A stretch of 63,604 bases of DNA, filler included, from Phoronis australis (taxonomy: Eukaryota > Animalia > Phoronida): NCBI GenBank assembly GCA_002633005.1. It is 8 parts of 8 records of this genome, joined end to end, with 100 filler letters (N's around TTAATTAATTAA, not from the genome) between each part and the next. Parts side by side here need not be neighbours in the genome. Positions count along the whole stretch, not along the records: positions 21,935 to 25,543 come from NMRA01002176.1; positions 25,644 to 39,459 come from NMRA01000336.1; 6 more parts are not named here. One strand, 5' to 3'. Under the pieces are notes generated by a model. That model was not told the DNA's origin and did no database searches. It saw only the letters and a program-made list of their open reading frames with translations. Position 1 is the stretch's first letter. The number at the start of each line of letters is the position of its first letter. The position numbers and the translations under genes were made by a program. This document shows positions 24,531-36,215 of the stretch, in pieces.

Positions 24531-27500
24531 TTCGTACAAGAACACTTAATTTTGTCTACCAATCCCCCTATTGCCATCTAGTGACGAGGTATTCCAACAT
24601 ATCACCTTAGTATTGGAAAATGACAATTAAAAGGCTATAGATTCCTTAATTCATTTACATAAACTCCAATAAATTAGTACGTCAAATGAGCGTATCACAT
24701 CAACAGCTAATTGTGAGTACTTCTTAAATAACCTGTCACTTCAAAATGAGCGACTTAATGTGATCAGATTAATTTAGCAATTCGTTTTAACCTTAAAGAA
24801 ACTTTATGGCTTAACCTACCAAGAAAATTACACTTCTGAGTGGTTAGTTTTGAAGAACTATATTCGACATGAAAACACTTTTCTTCAAGTTAACAGTAAA
24901 CATAGTTTAGCCACAGTATCATAGAATACAGTAAAAGAAGATCTGCGAAACAAGTTTTTGCATGTTAAAATCGTACGTATTCTAAAAGCCATTGAAGCAA
25001 AATCGCATTATACGTTAAAAACTCATCAATTTAGGACAAAATATGGCCGACAATTGAGATTTGATTTTATCACTTCCAAGTAACGTAAGTAACATCAAGT
25101 TTAATGATTTTCCACAAAAATGATTTTCTACGGTCAAGTTTGGAAAAGTTGTGGGGATTCACAACCAAATTAGAAGACTATGAAACATGAAAAGGGAATT
25201 GTTGATGATTATTATCGTCTGCTTCTACCAGAGAAAATACACTTTCAAACCTAAGTGGACCACTTAGGTAGGAATACCTTAAAAAGTAAGCGAAATACCT
25301 CAACAAGTTTGTAAATCTAATCCTTAGAAATGTTCATCAAAGTTGAGTACAGCAATCCAACTCAATAATATACTGAGGTACGAAACAATGCCGCAACTCG
25401 TCAAACACTGACCAAGCAAACACACCTGGCGGAATCGACAAAGAATTTCACCCAGTTCACAGAGCGTGCAGGTAAGTTATTTCAGGTATCCAGGTAAGAA
25501 TTTCTAACAGTGATACATGCTCAAAATACACCAGACGATCTTCNNNNNNNNNNNNNNNNNNNNNNNNNNNNNNNNNNNNNNNNNNNNTTAATTAATTAAN
25601 NNNNNNNNNNNNNNNNNNNNNNNNNNNNNNNNNNNNNNNNNNNTTTTTTCGTCAACTGGATTAGAACAGGAATCATAGACCTCTCGCGCGCTCAGTCTAT
25701 GGTTCTGACACTTCAAACTTTTGTCAACACGATAGCTAGCCTCAGAAAGTTCGATGTTGACCTAGTTCTAAACTTCTCTGCAACCCACTGTAAGTGGATG
25801 AAAACTATTCAAAGTCCGCCCCTTGAAATAGGGCTTGCTTAGCTGGAATTTAGAACTGCGGTCATGGGAGTGTTTTCACCTCCTGATTGCGAAGCGATCG
25901 AGTTAGCGGTGGTATCTTCATCAGTGCGTGATCTCAGCGGGAGGTCACCGCTTTATCCACTCAAGCGCTCGACAGCAACTAAACTTGCGAGAGTCTCAGA
26001 ACTCCCACATGCAAATTTGATATGCAAATGAGGGAGTACTTGACTACTGCGCCATCTATACATCGACGGAAAAGCTTAAATACCCGTGACTGCGTGTGGG
26101 AAATTGCGATTGCGTGCGCTGAAGTCGATATTTTCAAAGTACAATTACACCACTGTTTAAGGTTGCAAAGTGAGCTTTTTTGATATCCTTCTATAGAAAA
26201 AGTTTTAATCTCTCTGATGAAATCATCTGCTTCTTTTTAAACGAAACTTAAGTCCTGAAATTAGTCCGGGGAAGGAGGCCAAAAACAGCGGTTTAGCTAG
26301 TTGTCCCTTCCTGGTTATCTCTTCCTGATACTACATATATGCCTTCTACTGGCCACTTTATGGTACCAATAAACAATCCTAGAAGGATACCGTATACGGT
26401 GCAATTCTGGGCGCATTTCAACGCACTGCGTTGCTCTTGTTTCAACATTGTTAAGCAAGCGATCCCTCAGTTTTCACCATATTGGTTTGATTGCATATTT
26501 AATTTTTTGACCTTATGTTAACACTGACGAACTGTGCTGGATTGTCCATAGAGATAACTAAGCTAAATCTTAGAACAACGCCCAAAATAGGGAGCCGCTC
26601 ACAAAATAGGGTCCCCTTGAAAGCTGTGACTGAGGAGGGGTGAAATCATAACCCCCAAGGAGGTAATTGTGAGGACTGGAAGGTGTTGGACAATCAGGGC
26701 TCCAGACTGTCCACATGTTACGGGCTCTGAGAAACCTTAATCTAGCACAGTTGCCTATGAACTGCCTAACACCAGAATCCAACAACCTAAGAAGTCCCTT
26801 TCTTCAATGGAAATGTTTAATGCCGCTGTTTGTTTGAATTCAGGGCATGACTTAATGGGTGCCTTGTGGGTGAACGTATTATGTTCTCTAATTACCACAT
26901 TTTCAAACTGAAGGTGCATAGTAAGTACAAGTAGTTAGTGTGGATGTTGCTGACATCTGATACAGAGTAAACTGACTGCAGTATCATAAAAGAGTCATTT
27001 TGATGAATGAGTGCCTCTCATTGACTAACACAGTGTTTATACGCAACTCAAAAAGGGAAGTGGGTAGATTGTACTAACTGTAGGTGCCAGACACACACAG
27101 ACTAAGCAAAGTTGCCATTTCAGGTGGCAGTTGTCAGAAATCTATTAGATTGTCTATTGTTATAAAATGCATTGCTGGGGAACGTTTCGTTTGGTCCGAG
27201 GAAGTTTGTCATCGGAGTGACATCATGAATTATAACGATTTGAAGGTATTCAACAGTACGCCTATCCCTTGAAGATATGCCAAGATATTTCATTTGAAGA
27301 TCATTTCGTTGTCAATTATAATGTATTGTATGTCTTTTCATTGTTACATTGTAAGTGACAAGATTATGTAAATATCTACCTACAGGTTTCAGAGGGTAGC
27401 CATGCTGGACAGTGGTGAGTTCCACAGGAACCTGGTACATGCTGTGTGTCACCACGTTCACCTCCCCTTGGTCACATCGCTAGACCACCGGCAGGGCCTA

Positions 27501-28805
27501 GCCCTGAACATTCTCTGTTGGATCACAGCTATTCAAGTCAACGAGCCACAAACATTGAAAAGGTGAGCCAGGTGCCACGTGTCCGCAAACTGAAATTCCT
27601 AGTAGTGTTTCACCTAGCCCTGGAACCCGTTTCGTGAAATGTTCCCGAAACTGTTTGGACAAGCAGGTAAAGATGAAATTTTAAAAACAAAAGATCATGC
27701 AGTCTAATTTGGTTGGCATTTTTGTATGTAGTGAAAGGTTTCTATAAATTTTGGTCAAAATGGAGTTATACTCATCTACTCTTTTAGTCTCATGTCTTAT
27801 CGTGGAAAATACTTGTAATCAAATTGCTATCTTGCCTGTTTTTGAGTATTTTTTGTTTTGTTAATTAAGACATGATTTGGAGTTGGCATCAGGTGGCATC
27901 AGTTGACAAATTTGTGTTGTTGGGGTCTGTTTGTAGTGACAAATTAGAGCTATATTAATTGATACAGTAACTGTAGTTAGAAGTGTAAAGTTTTGCTCAG
28001 CTGTCTTGTTTGTTTGTTCTTCTCAACTGCAGTCACGTGGCTGTCAATGAACTTAATGTATAATAAACATTGATTTGTGGATGTTTGATGTCTGCCTTTG
28101 TGTATCTTGGCATAGGTGTTTAATGTGTTGAAAGCTTTTTGACTGTTGTCAGCAAATCGGCAGTATGCTGAGAGCTGTTTTATAGGTTTGCAGTAAAGTT
28201 TTCTTTTTATCTTTTTCACATTGTTGCTGCCAGGTTAAACTTAAGTTCATTAAGTGGAATTTTTAACCAATCCTTACCACAGTGTGTTCTGTTTATGTAT
28301 AGTTTTTTGCATTTGAATTGAACAATATTGTACTCTTGGATATGATCTTTTCAGCTCAAAACCATGTGCAGCCTATTGCAGTCCAGTCGGAGTTACTTCC
28401 CCTTGTTAAGTCAAAGTTCATCCGCTCAGGTTGCACCGTTGCTCATAAGTGTGTCAAACTTCTTGTCTTGTGCATTCGGTGAGTACTCTCCAATCGACTT
28501 GTCGACCCTTCTTAGGAACTAAGGGTACTTGTAGAATAGCTCAGATTATCAAAACGTGTTCCATGTCGTGAACACATCCATTACCACAAGAAACTGTAGG
28601 AACACCCCATTTATCCACCTTCACTCTTATCAGGCTTCTATTGTGAGTCATAATTGGCTGATAAGCCACCTCTAGAACTACTTTTGGCTGAATGGATTAC
28701 CAGGCCATAAATGATAATTAGCCAAGACCAATTACTAATGCAACAAAGAATAATGTCATAGCATTACCTAGCCTTGGTGGAAAGCTGTATCCTGTATTGG
28801 CTCTA

Positions 28806-30265
28806 ATAAACACTTAGAAAAATTCACGGGGAGGGGACGCTACGGCAGTTGAAACCCGGTTTCCCAAACGGGTAAAATCGGAAGCTAGGATTCATCAAAT
28901 TTATGCTCTGTGACGTATTTGTAGCCTATGACAGTCTTTCTACAAAATTGTGGTGCATTGCTATCAACTTCCGTTGTTAAATTACGATAAAATTTTCAAA
29001 AAATTGTGCTCATCACAGGGCGAAAACTTGCCGACTGATGCGTCACTGAATCGCAATCGTCAATAGGAAAATTTGAACTCTTGAATAAAAATATAGTTTC
29101 GACTCAACAAATTACCTGAAATCTTCCTTATATTTTACAATTTTTAAAGTTCATGTGGAGTCCAGATTAATTGCGATTAAGTGCAAATCTGCGCTACACC
29201 GTACCCCACAACACGAGAAAAATCTCTGGATGAACACACATTTTGTTGTCACGTGACGTTTGTTTTGAAGTTCGTCTGCGTATGAGAGTGAGTGACGTGT
29301 GCGGGTCATCGACGACAGACTTTTTTGTTAGAAAAGGCAGAGGATTATGCAAGAAAATGGCGTTTACTAGATTGTTTTTCACTTAAACGGCTGCAACGTG
29401 CAAGGTGAGTGCTGGTTAACTCACAGATTTTGTGTGCACAGGCCGACTGTCGTTAGCTCTACCGTGGAGTATTATAGTCCAAGGCTCGATCTACATGTTG
29501 GGGACGAGGTGAACTACCCAGGCTGGTTGAAATTTCTGGGTCTAACGGAGACACTGACGCAGTTGACAGCCAGCTCGCTGTATCAAGACTATCGTCAAAA
29601 TCCAAATTCGTTTTATCGCGTCCCTGTCAATAATAACGGCATGTTAAAGTTTCTTAATTTTCGTACTTCAGGAACATAACAATCCCGTGTTTTGAACATA
29701 CGCCCACGCCGCACTGATCACATCTCTAAAATTGCCGATTTGACGGATGACAATGAATGAGCATAATGAAATTAAACAACGTCGTTTTACAGCTTGTAAG
29801 ATTCATAATAAACGTATTTTGAATATTGCAATGCATGTGTTCCAAAATCTAAATAACTTGGGTCCTATATTTTTGAATTCGTGCGTGCCGAATGAAAGTA
29901 ATCGTGAGTGTTGCTGTGTTGCAAAATCTCTTATCCTGGGCCGATTTGAAAAATTCAAAGTTGTACTCATATTTGTTTTCGCTCCTCTTTTCAAATATTA
30001 CAGTAAAAACTACGTAAATTTCTCTCCATAAAAAGTAGTCTGCTAGCTAGATTGTAATCAGCAGTGATCATATCCGCATGAGCGAAGCCAATTATCCTCG
30101 CTCGTGACTCGATGAATAGAGCAGCTTGGCGGCATCCCTCTGATCGTGAGCCGAGCGCAACTCAGCCAAGGTGGATAAATACGGTCTAGTTCAGTTTTCC
30201 AAACCCCACCATTTACCTTGACCATTGGGGTTAGGTCCAATCTTATTTAGTGGGAATGTTTATAT
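28806..30265. mobile_element. Unclassified ~1.45-kb non-coding interspersed element, copy 1
   Basis: 29180-30265 is colinear with 30781-31878, and both copies end at TTTAGTGGGARTGTTTATA. A short inverted terminus ATAAACACT is possible at ~28806. No coding capacity. Confidence 0.65.
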
Positions 30266-30780
30266 TATGTCAATGCTTGGGTGTTTGTTCGCTGTGGGTT
30301 TGATACACCGACAGTTTCATCATAATTATTAGCAGAGTTGGTACAGGTAACATCAAACACACAGTGAATTACTGGCCATTGTGAGCCCTGGAGTACATAA
30401 GCCTGTTAGGAAAATGTAAAAGTGACAGTTTCAGTAAATTATTTTTTTTGAACTTCAAGAAACTTTTGCATAACAGTGTACTTTCTACACAGGTTAATGT
30501 GGAACTCCCCTGCCAAGGAGGCTGCCCCCCTGTTTAATCGCAGTCTACTACAGGCCCTCCTGGTGTGCCTGCCTGGGGTTCTGGCTGCACGCTCTGCCAG
30601 TGTCGTGCGTTGGTTTTTCACTCTGCACAATCACGTGAAGAGCCTGGATATCGGTCACACAGCTGAAGCGTGCGCTGGTTTTCTGTCGGCCATGTTGACT
30701 GCTTATGTTGAGCGGATGACAGATCTTCATGCTGTGTTAAGAACGAGGTCAGCTTGACTTTTTTCGGTATTAATTTCGAT

Positions 30781-31878
30781 TAAGTCCAAATCTGTGCTAC
30801 ATCGTACCCCACAACACGAAAAAAAACCCTCTGGATGAACACACATGTTGTTGTTGTCACGTGATGTTTGTTTTGAAGTTCGTCTTCGTAGGAGAGTGAG
30901 TGAGCAAGCGCGTGCGGGTCGTCGACGACAGACTTTTTTGTTACAAAAGGAGGAGGATTATGCAAGAAAATGGCATTTATTAGATTGTTTTCTCTAAACG
31001 GCTGCTACGTGCAAGGTGAGTGCCGGTTAACTCACAGATTTTGTGTGCACAGGTCGACGGTCGATAGCTCTACCGTGGAGTAAAACATTAATAGTCCTAG
31101 GTTCGATCTACATGCTGGAGACGAGGTGAACTACTCGGGCTGTGTGAAATTTCTTGGTCTAACGGAGACACTGATGCAGTGTTCAGCCAGCTCGTTGTAT
31201 CAAGTTTATCATCAAAATCCAAATTTGTTTTATTGTGTCCCTGTTAATAATAACGGCATGCTAAAGTTTCTTAATGTTCGTACTTCAGGAACATAACAAT
31301 CACGTGTTATGTATACATACGCACACGCTGCAGGTAACATCTCAGAAATTTCCGATTTGACAGATGACAATGAATGAGCACAATGAAATTAAGCAAATTC
31401 ATTTTACAGCTTGTAAGAGTTATAATAAACGTATTTTGAATATTGAAATGCATGTGTTCCAAAATCTAAATAACTTGGGTCTTACATTTTTGCATTCATG
31501 CATGCCAAATGAAAGTAATCGTGAGTGTTGCTGGGTTGCTAAATTTCTTATTCTGGACCGATTTGAAAAATTCAAAGTTGTACCAACATTTTTTTCTCTC
31601 TTTTCAAATATTACACTCAAAACTATGTAAAACGCTCTCCGTAAAAAGTACAGTCATCTAGGCTAGATTGTAATCAGCTGATCGTATCCGCATGAGCGAA
31701 GCCAATTATCCTCGCTCGTGACTCAATGAATAGAGCAGCTAGGCGGGATCCCTTTGATCGTGAGCTGAGCGCAACACAGCCAAGGTGGATAAATACGGTC
31801 TAGCTCAATCGGCCAAACCCCACAATTTTCCCTGATCACTGGGGTTTGACAAGATCTCGTTTAGTGGGAGTGTTTATA
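30781..31878. mobile_element. Same unclassified element, copy 2 (left-truncated)
   Basis: Direct diverged repeat of 29180-30265; paired ORFs MTMNEHNEIKQ... at 29747 and 31364. Confidence 0.7.
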
Positions 31879-32813
31879 GTTTATTATATACTGTTATAGT
31901 GAGTTAATTAAAATGGAAATTATTTCAAATCATAACAAATTGTGAATCTTATTTTAGGTCTTGGGACAGTTTCGAGTTAGGGAATGGATTTAAATTTTTG
32001 AAAATGTTATTCGTAGTCGCAATTTCTTTTTTAGGTGTGGCTTCTACGGCAACCCTTGTGAGCCATCTCTGTTTGACGTGAAACCATTGTTGCGCACCAC
32101 ATCCCCTCTCACACCCACTACAGCGTCCAGTGGACCCATTACCTATGCCCAAGCAGTCGGCAGTGTACTGCCTGTGTCAGCCCTCTCTGCTGGCATGGGA
32201 TCTGTACAGTAGTCATCAACAGCGAGTAGCAGCTCTCCGTCTCCTGCGGACGATATTGACTTCAAGGTGTGTAGAGGATACAACCATTGCCTCCTCTTTT
32301 TTCATTGTTTAAAGCCTGATTTGAATGGTATTTATTTGCTTCTTTATATTTTGAGTGTCTTTCTGAGTGCACAAATGTCATAAATTGCCAACGGTTAGGA
32401 TTACTGACTTAAATTTGTCTACATAACCCCGATAATCCTTGTATGGTGTTCTATTCAGACCCCTTTTCAATGCAACTTCTTAATATGTAGCTTCACGGAA
32501 GTTATGACAAAAACACACTAGGAATCGTTTTAAAGTAAATTACAAATTTTGGCTGGGAATTTTTGATGATTATTCACATGAAAAGATGTACCCATCTTTC
32601 ACACTGATTGTGTTTGGTTTTGTTGATATCATTTTCTAATCAGTTTTACTGATTATCTCTCCTGATCACAGGACCTCTTGTCGCTGAGCTCGCGGTCATC
32701 TGCTCGTTTGTCTCAGTGCAATGATAAGTTGCACGGTCTCCTAGAGGTAGAGCCACTTCACTTTGTCTGCCATTCCACCAGCGATGGTACTAAGATTGAA
32801 AAACTGGAACCAG

Positions 32814-34186
32814 GGCCCAGTCTCCAATCTCCGTACTCTAGATTTCATACCCAAAATCGTGCTCACTGGAGTCGTACTCAAAAAAGCGTATCTAATGTCG
32901 CATTTCAAGTAGACTCAAAATGTACTCAAATCTGACACTCATACTCGAGTTGCTATGGAACTCTTTATGATGTGAAATGCAAAACCATGCAAAGTGGCGC
33001 TGATTCATCACTCCCTATTGGCATAGACCACCCCAGCAACTACATTATTGTCTGCTGTCACTACAACTACAAGTTTAGTCCTATAACGTGGAATTCTGAG
33101 TGTTCTGTAACTGTTATTCATTTTTTTAGTTTCAATACAATATTCTTATACCATTTCTTTGATACATTTGACAATTATTAAGCTTTGCTTCTTGGGTTCC
33201 TCATCGCCCGAAAATGTCTTAAGAATTTTGTAACAGCTTATCACATCAAATAAACCCTGTTCTTTCTTGCTATTTAGTATTGACATTAGAACCCATTGCT
33301 GTGTAGGCCTACACTGATGTCAAAACTTTGATACTGTATCTTTGTATTTTTCCGGGATGTATCAAGTTAGTTGACATTTGGCGCTTGAGTTAAAAAACAA
33401 TACGTGTGCAGGCATTCAGAGTTCACCAGTGAACGGAACGAGACGTCTACTTAGAAATCAGCAAATGAAATTTGGAATATCATTTGGGGATTGAGGAATT
33501 ATCGATGATTAAACTATGATGTGAAATACTTGACAGGAAAGGAAACTTTTTTAACTTTCCTTGCCTCCTCGTCTTCTGGAACCCTACAAACCTGAGGCAC
33601 ACCTACTGAAATAAGGTCACCGCAAACTTCGTACACGACTTTTCCCACAACTGCTTTCGACACTTGTAATGACTCGCTGACAAGGTATTAGAATGCACCT
33701 GTTGCCAGGAATCTTAGAGTAAGAAGGAGCCGGGCGGCGAGGACATGCAGTGATACGGCGGGTTAATAAGGTAAAGAATATAAAAAGATTTAAAATGACA
33801 ACTACTATATCTGAACTGAAACTGAACCGCTGAAATATGGTAAGTAGACTTAGTTTTTTTAGATTTGCTAGTGTTTCTCGGTGGCCGTTTGATATTTTGT
33901 TCTCTCGCTCGTATTTATTTTAGAGTACGATTTCAAGCACACTGCCAAACCAAACGTGAAATTTGGAGCATATACTCGGAATTTTACTCAAAATCGTACT
34001 AGAAATATAGATGAGATACACTTCAGTTCGAGTATACTCGAAAATTGAGTATGTGCTCGAAATTTCGAGAACAGATTTTTGGAGTATAACATTGAATACA
34101 CCAAAGCTGAGTCTGTACTCGAGTTGAGTATGAAGTGTGAGTTTGAGTGTGATTTGAGTCTGAGTACGAAGATTGGAGACCGCGCC
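32814..34186 (-). mobile_element. Non-autonomous PIF/Harbinger transposon (1373 bp)
   Basis: TIR GGCCCAGTCTCCAATCTCCGTACTC vs reverse complement GGCGCGGTCTCCAATCTTCGTACTC. 3-bp TSD CAG at 32811-32813 and 34187-34189. TACTCG/CGAGTA subterminal repeats. Minus-strand remnant at ~33545-33730 reads LLLTLRFLATGAF*YLVSESLQVSKAVVGKVVYEVC, the HARBI1/Harbinger transposase motif. Confidence 0.9.
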
Positions 34187-36104
34187 CAGGTCAATCGTCC
34201 TCACGAGTCACAAATATTTGCAGTTTTGTCAAAATTCTCTTAAAAGTCTTGAGAGGAATCGGAGAAGAACAATTGTTATTCAATGGAAAATTAGCAAAGA
34301 ATAGTTACTGTAATGTTTTGTAACTACATTTTTGATGAAAAGGTGAGATGATTATTTTTTTGGAAACTACCACATCTTCACGGTATTTTTGTTTTGTAAA
34401 TTAATTTTTTCTGGTATTAACTAACTAGAAATAATGGTGAAAATCAAAATTTAGTTACATTTTTGTATTTAAATGCCTTTCGAGCATTCAACAATGACAA
34501 TGCAATTGATATACTTGACCAAATGAGAGGGTCAGTGCCCAGTTCAGACTGAGATTAGACTAGTATGATATCTCCTTCAAGTACTTCCCGTTGTAATTGT
34601 GTACTATTGTTTTTCCAGGTACCAACTCTACGATGTCCTCTGTAGGTATCACGGGCATGACCTCATTGGGGGTCATGTCATTCATCAACCATGCCAACCT
34701 ACCACCAGCAGCAAGTGCTGCCAGTGCTGCCCTTTCATCACTTTCCTCGGCAATGGCGTCAGCGGAACAACAGCTGCAGCAACTGCAGTTGAAGACAACA
34801 ACTCTGATACAGCAGCAAAAGGCAAAACTCGAACAGAAGCTGGCCGACTCGAAGGGAGCGGCCATCTTGTCATCTGGTTTGACGAGTCTGAGCAGCACTC
34901 CGCCAGCCTATGCCTGGCATGACACATTGCCGTTGACGCCCAAAAGTACACCGTTATTCATGACTCCGCCTGTTACTCCACCTAATGAGTCTCAGGTACT
35001 CGGAAAACCTGTGGCTGCAGCACAGACGATGTCATCGGTGCCTGAGGCTGTTGACCATCCACTGGACAATTCAATGACAATGAAATCATTAGACAAATCA
35101 GCTGGAAAGGTGAGTTGAGGTCGCTGCAGTGTTAAACATCGCTTGTAGGAATAATATAAGAACGGAAATTCTTCAACTATTTATCATACAAATTTGCCGT
35201 ACAGGGGAAATTTTATTTCTTCAAATTTCTAAACAAAAAACATTTAGTCTATGGATTATATGCTAGGATTGGACAATGTAGATTATCATTTTTGTGCAAA
35301 ATAAGTGAAAAACTAATGTGCACTCACCTGTTTATTACTGCTAATTAACTAAATGCCCTGAGGCAAAACTCTCCCAAACTTTGTCACAGTATATGCCAGA
35401 TTTTTTATGGCAATAATGAGGAACTTTTGTCATGATGTTGTTCTTGAATTTTTGTCCTGGGAGATGATTTTGACAAATCTAGTTGCCAGCTCTTTCAGTC
35501 ATAATAGACATATATTCAGAATTCCAGGAAACAGTCGGGTGCAAAATCTTTTCACGGAATTTAAGAAAATTTAACCAGGATTGAAATGAATAGTAATGGA
35601 ATGGATAGTTAGCCACCCTGATGTACTTTGTCAACCGCTTTATTCTGAACTACTGAATGTACTGGTGTCTGTGATGACAAATTCCAGGCCCAACGTGGTC
35701 TTGGTAACTTTTATTACACGACCACTGATACTCCTCTCCTCTGATTACCTTTTAATGGTGTAATGCTGATGGGCTAGGCATGGGATATTGCTTTTCATTC
35801 ATTCTGTCCATACGTTTGATGCAGCTCTTCATGATCTGACCAACTACAGGTTGCGGAAACCAAAAGCTTTGAATCATGTATTACTAAACATAACAAGAAG
35901 ATGACTGCTAAAAACATGCCAATCAAACAAGTAACATGTACCGACGGAGTGTAGTGGGAATACATACCCTATCTGCTCTGAAAACAACACCATTGTAAGT
36001 AGCTAATTGATCTCTGCAATCCCAATAAGGTAATGCAATGTGAGGTACTTGTGACCTATATTCTGGCCAACCATTCAAAATTAACTGCTCTACACACAGT
36101 GTTA

Positions 36105-36215
36105 GATCTACGTTTTCAGTAAGGGGGGGTTTAGGATTCCCGCAAAGGTCGAATCCGAGGCGCTTGGCACCGATTGGGGGCGGAGGTCGGGAGGGAGGTA
36201 AACCCCCATTCCCGT
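36105..36215 (+). repeat. Dispersed MITE-end fragment (second copy at 39348-39459)
   Basis: GATCTACGTTTTCAGTAAGGGGGGGTTTAGGATTCCCGCAAAGGTCGAATCCGAGGC is present at both places. Confidence 0.75.

Noticed and set aside
29180-31878. The 1.1-kb direct repeats as LTRs or terminal direct repeats of one element that captured an exon
   Set aside because: The exon between them is colinear and in phase with the flanking BIRC6 exons, and there is no TG..CA, PBS or PPT.
32210-32212. In-frame TAG as programmed readthrough or recoding
   Set aside because: It co-occurs with other disabling lesions; a CAG>TAG mutation is the simpler explanation.
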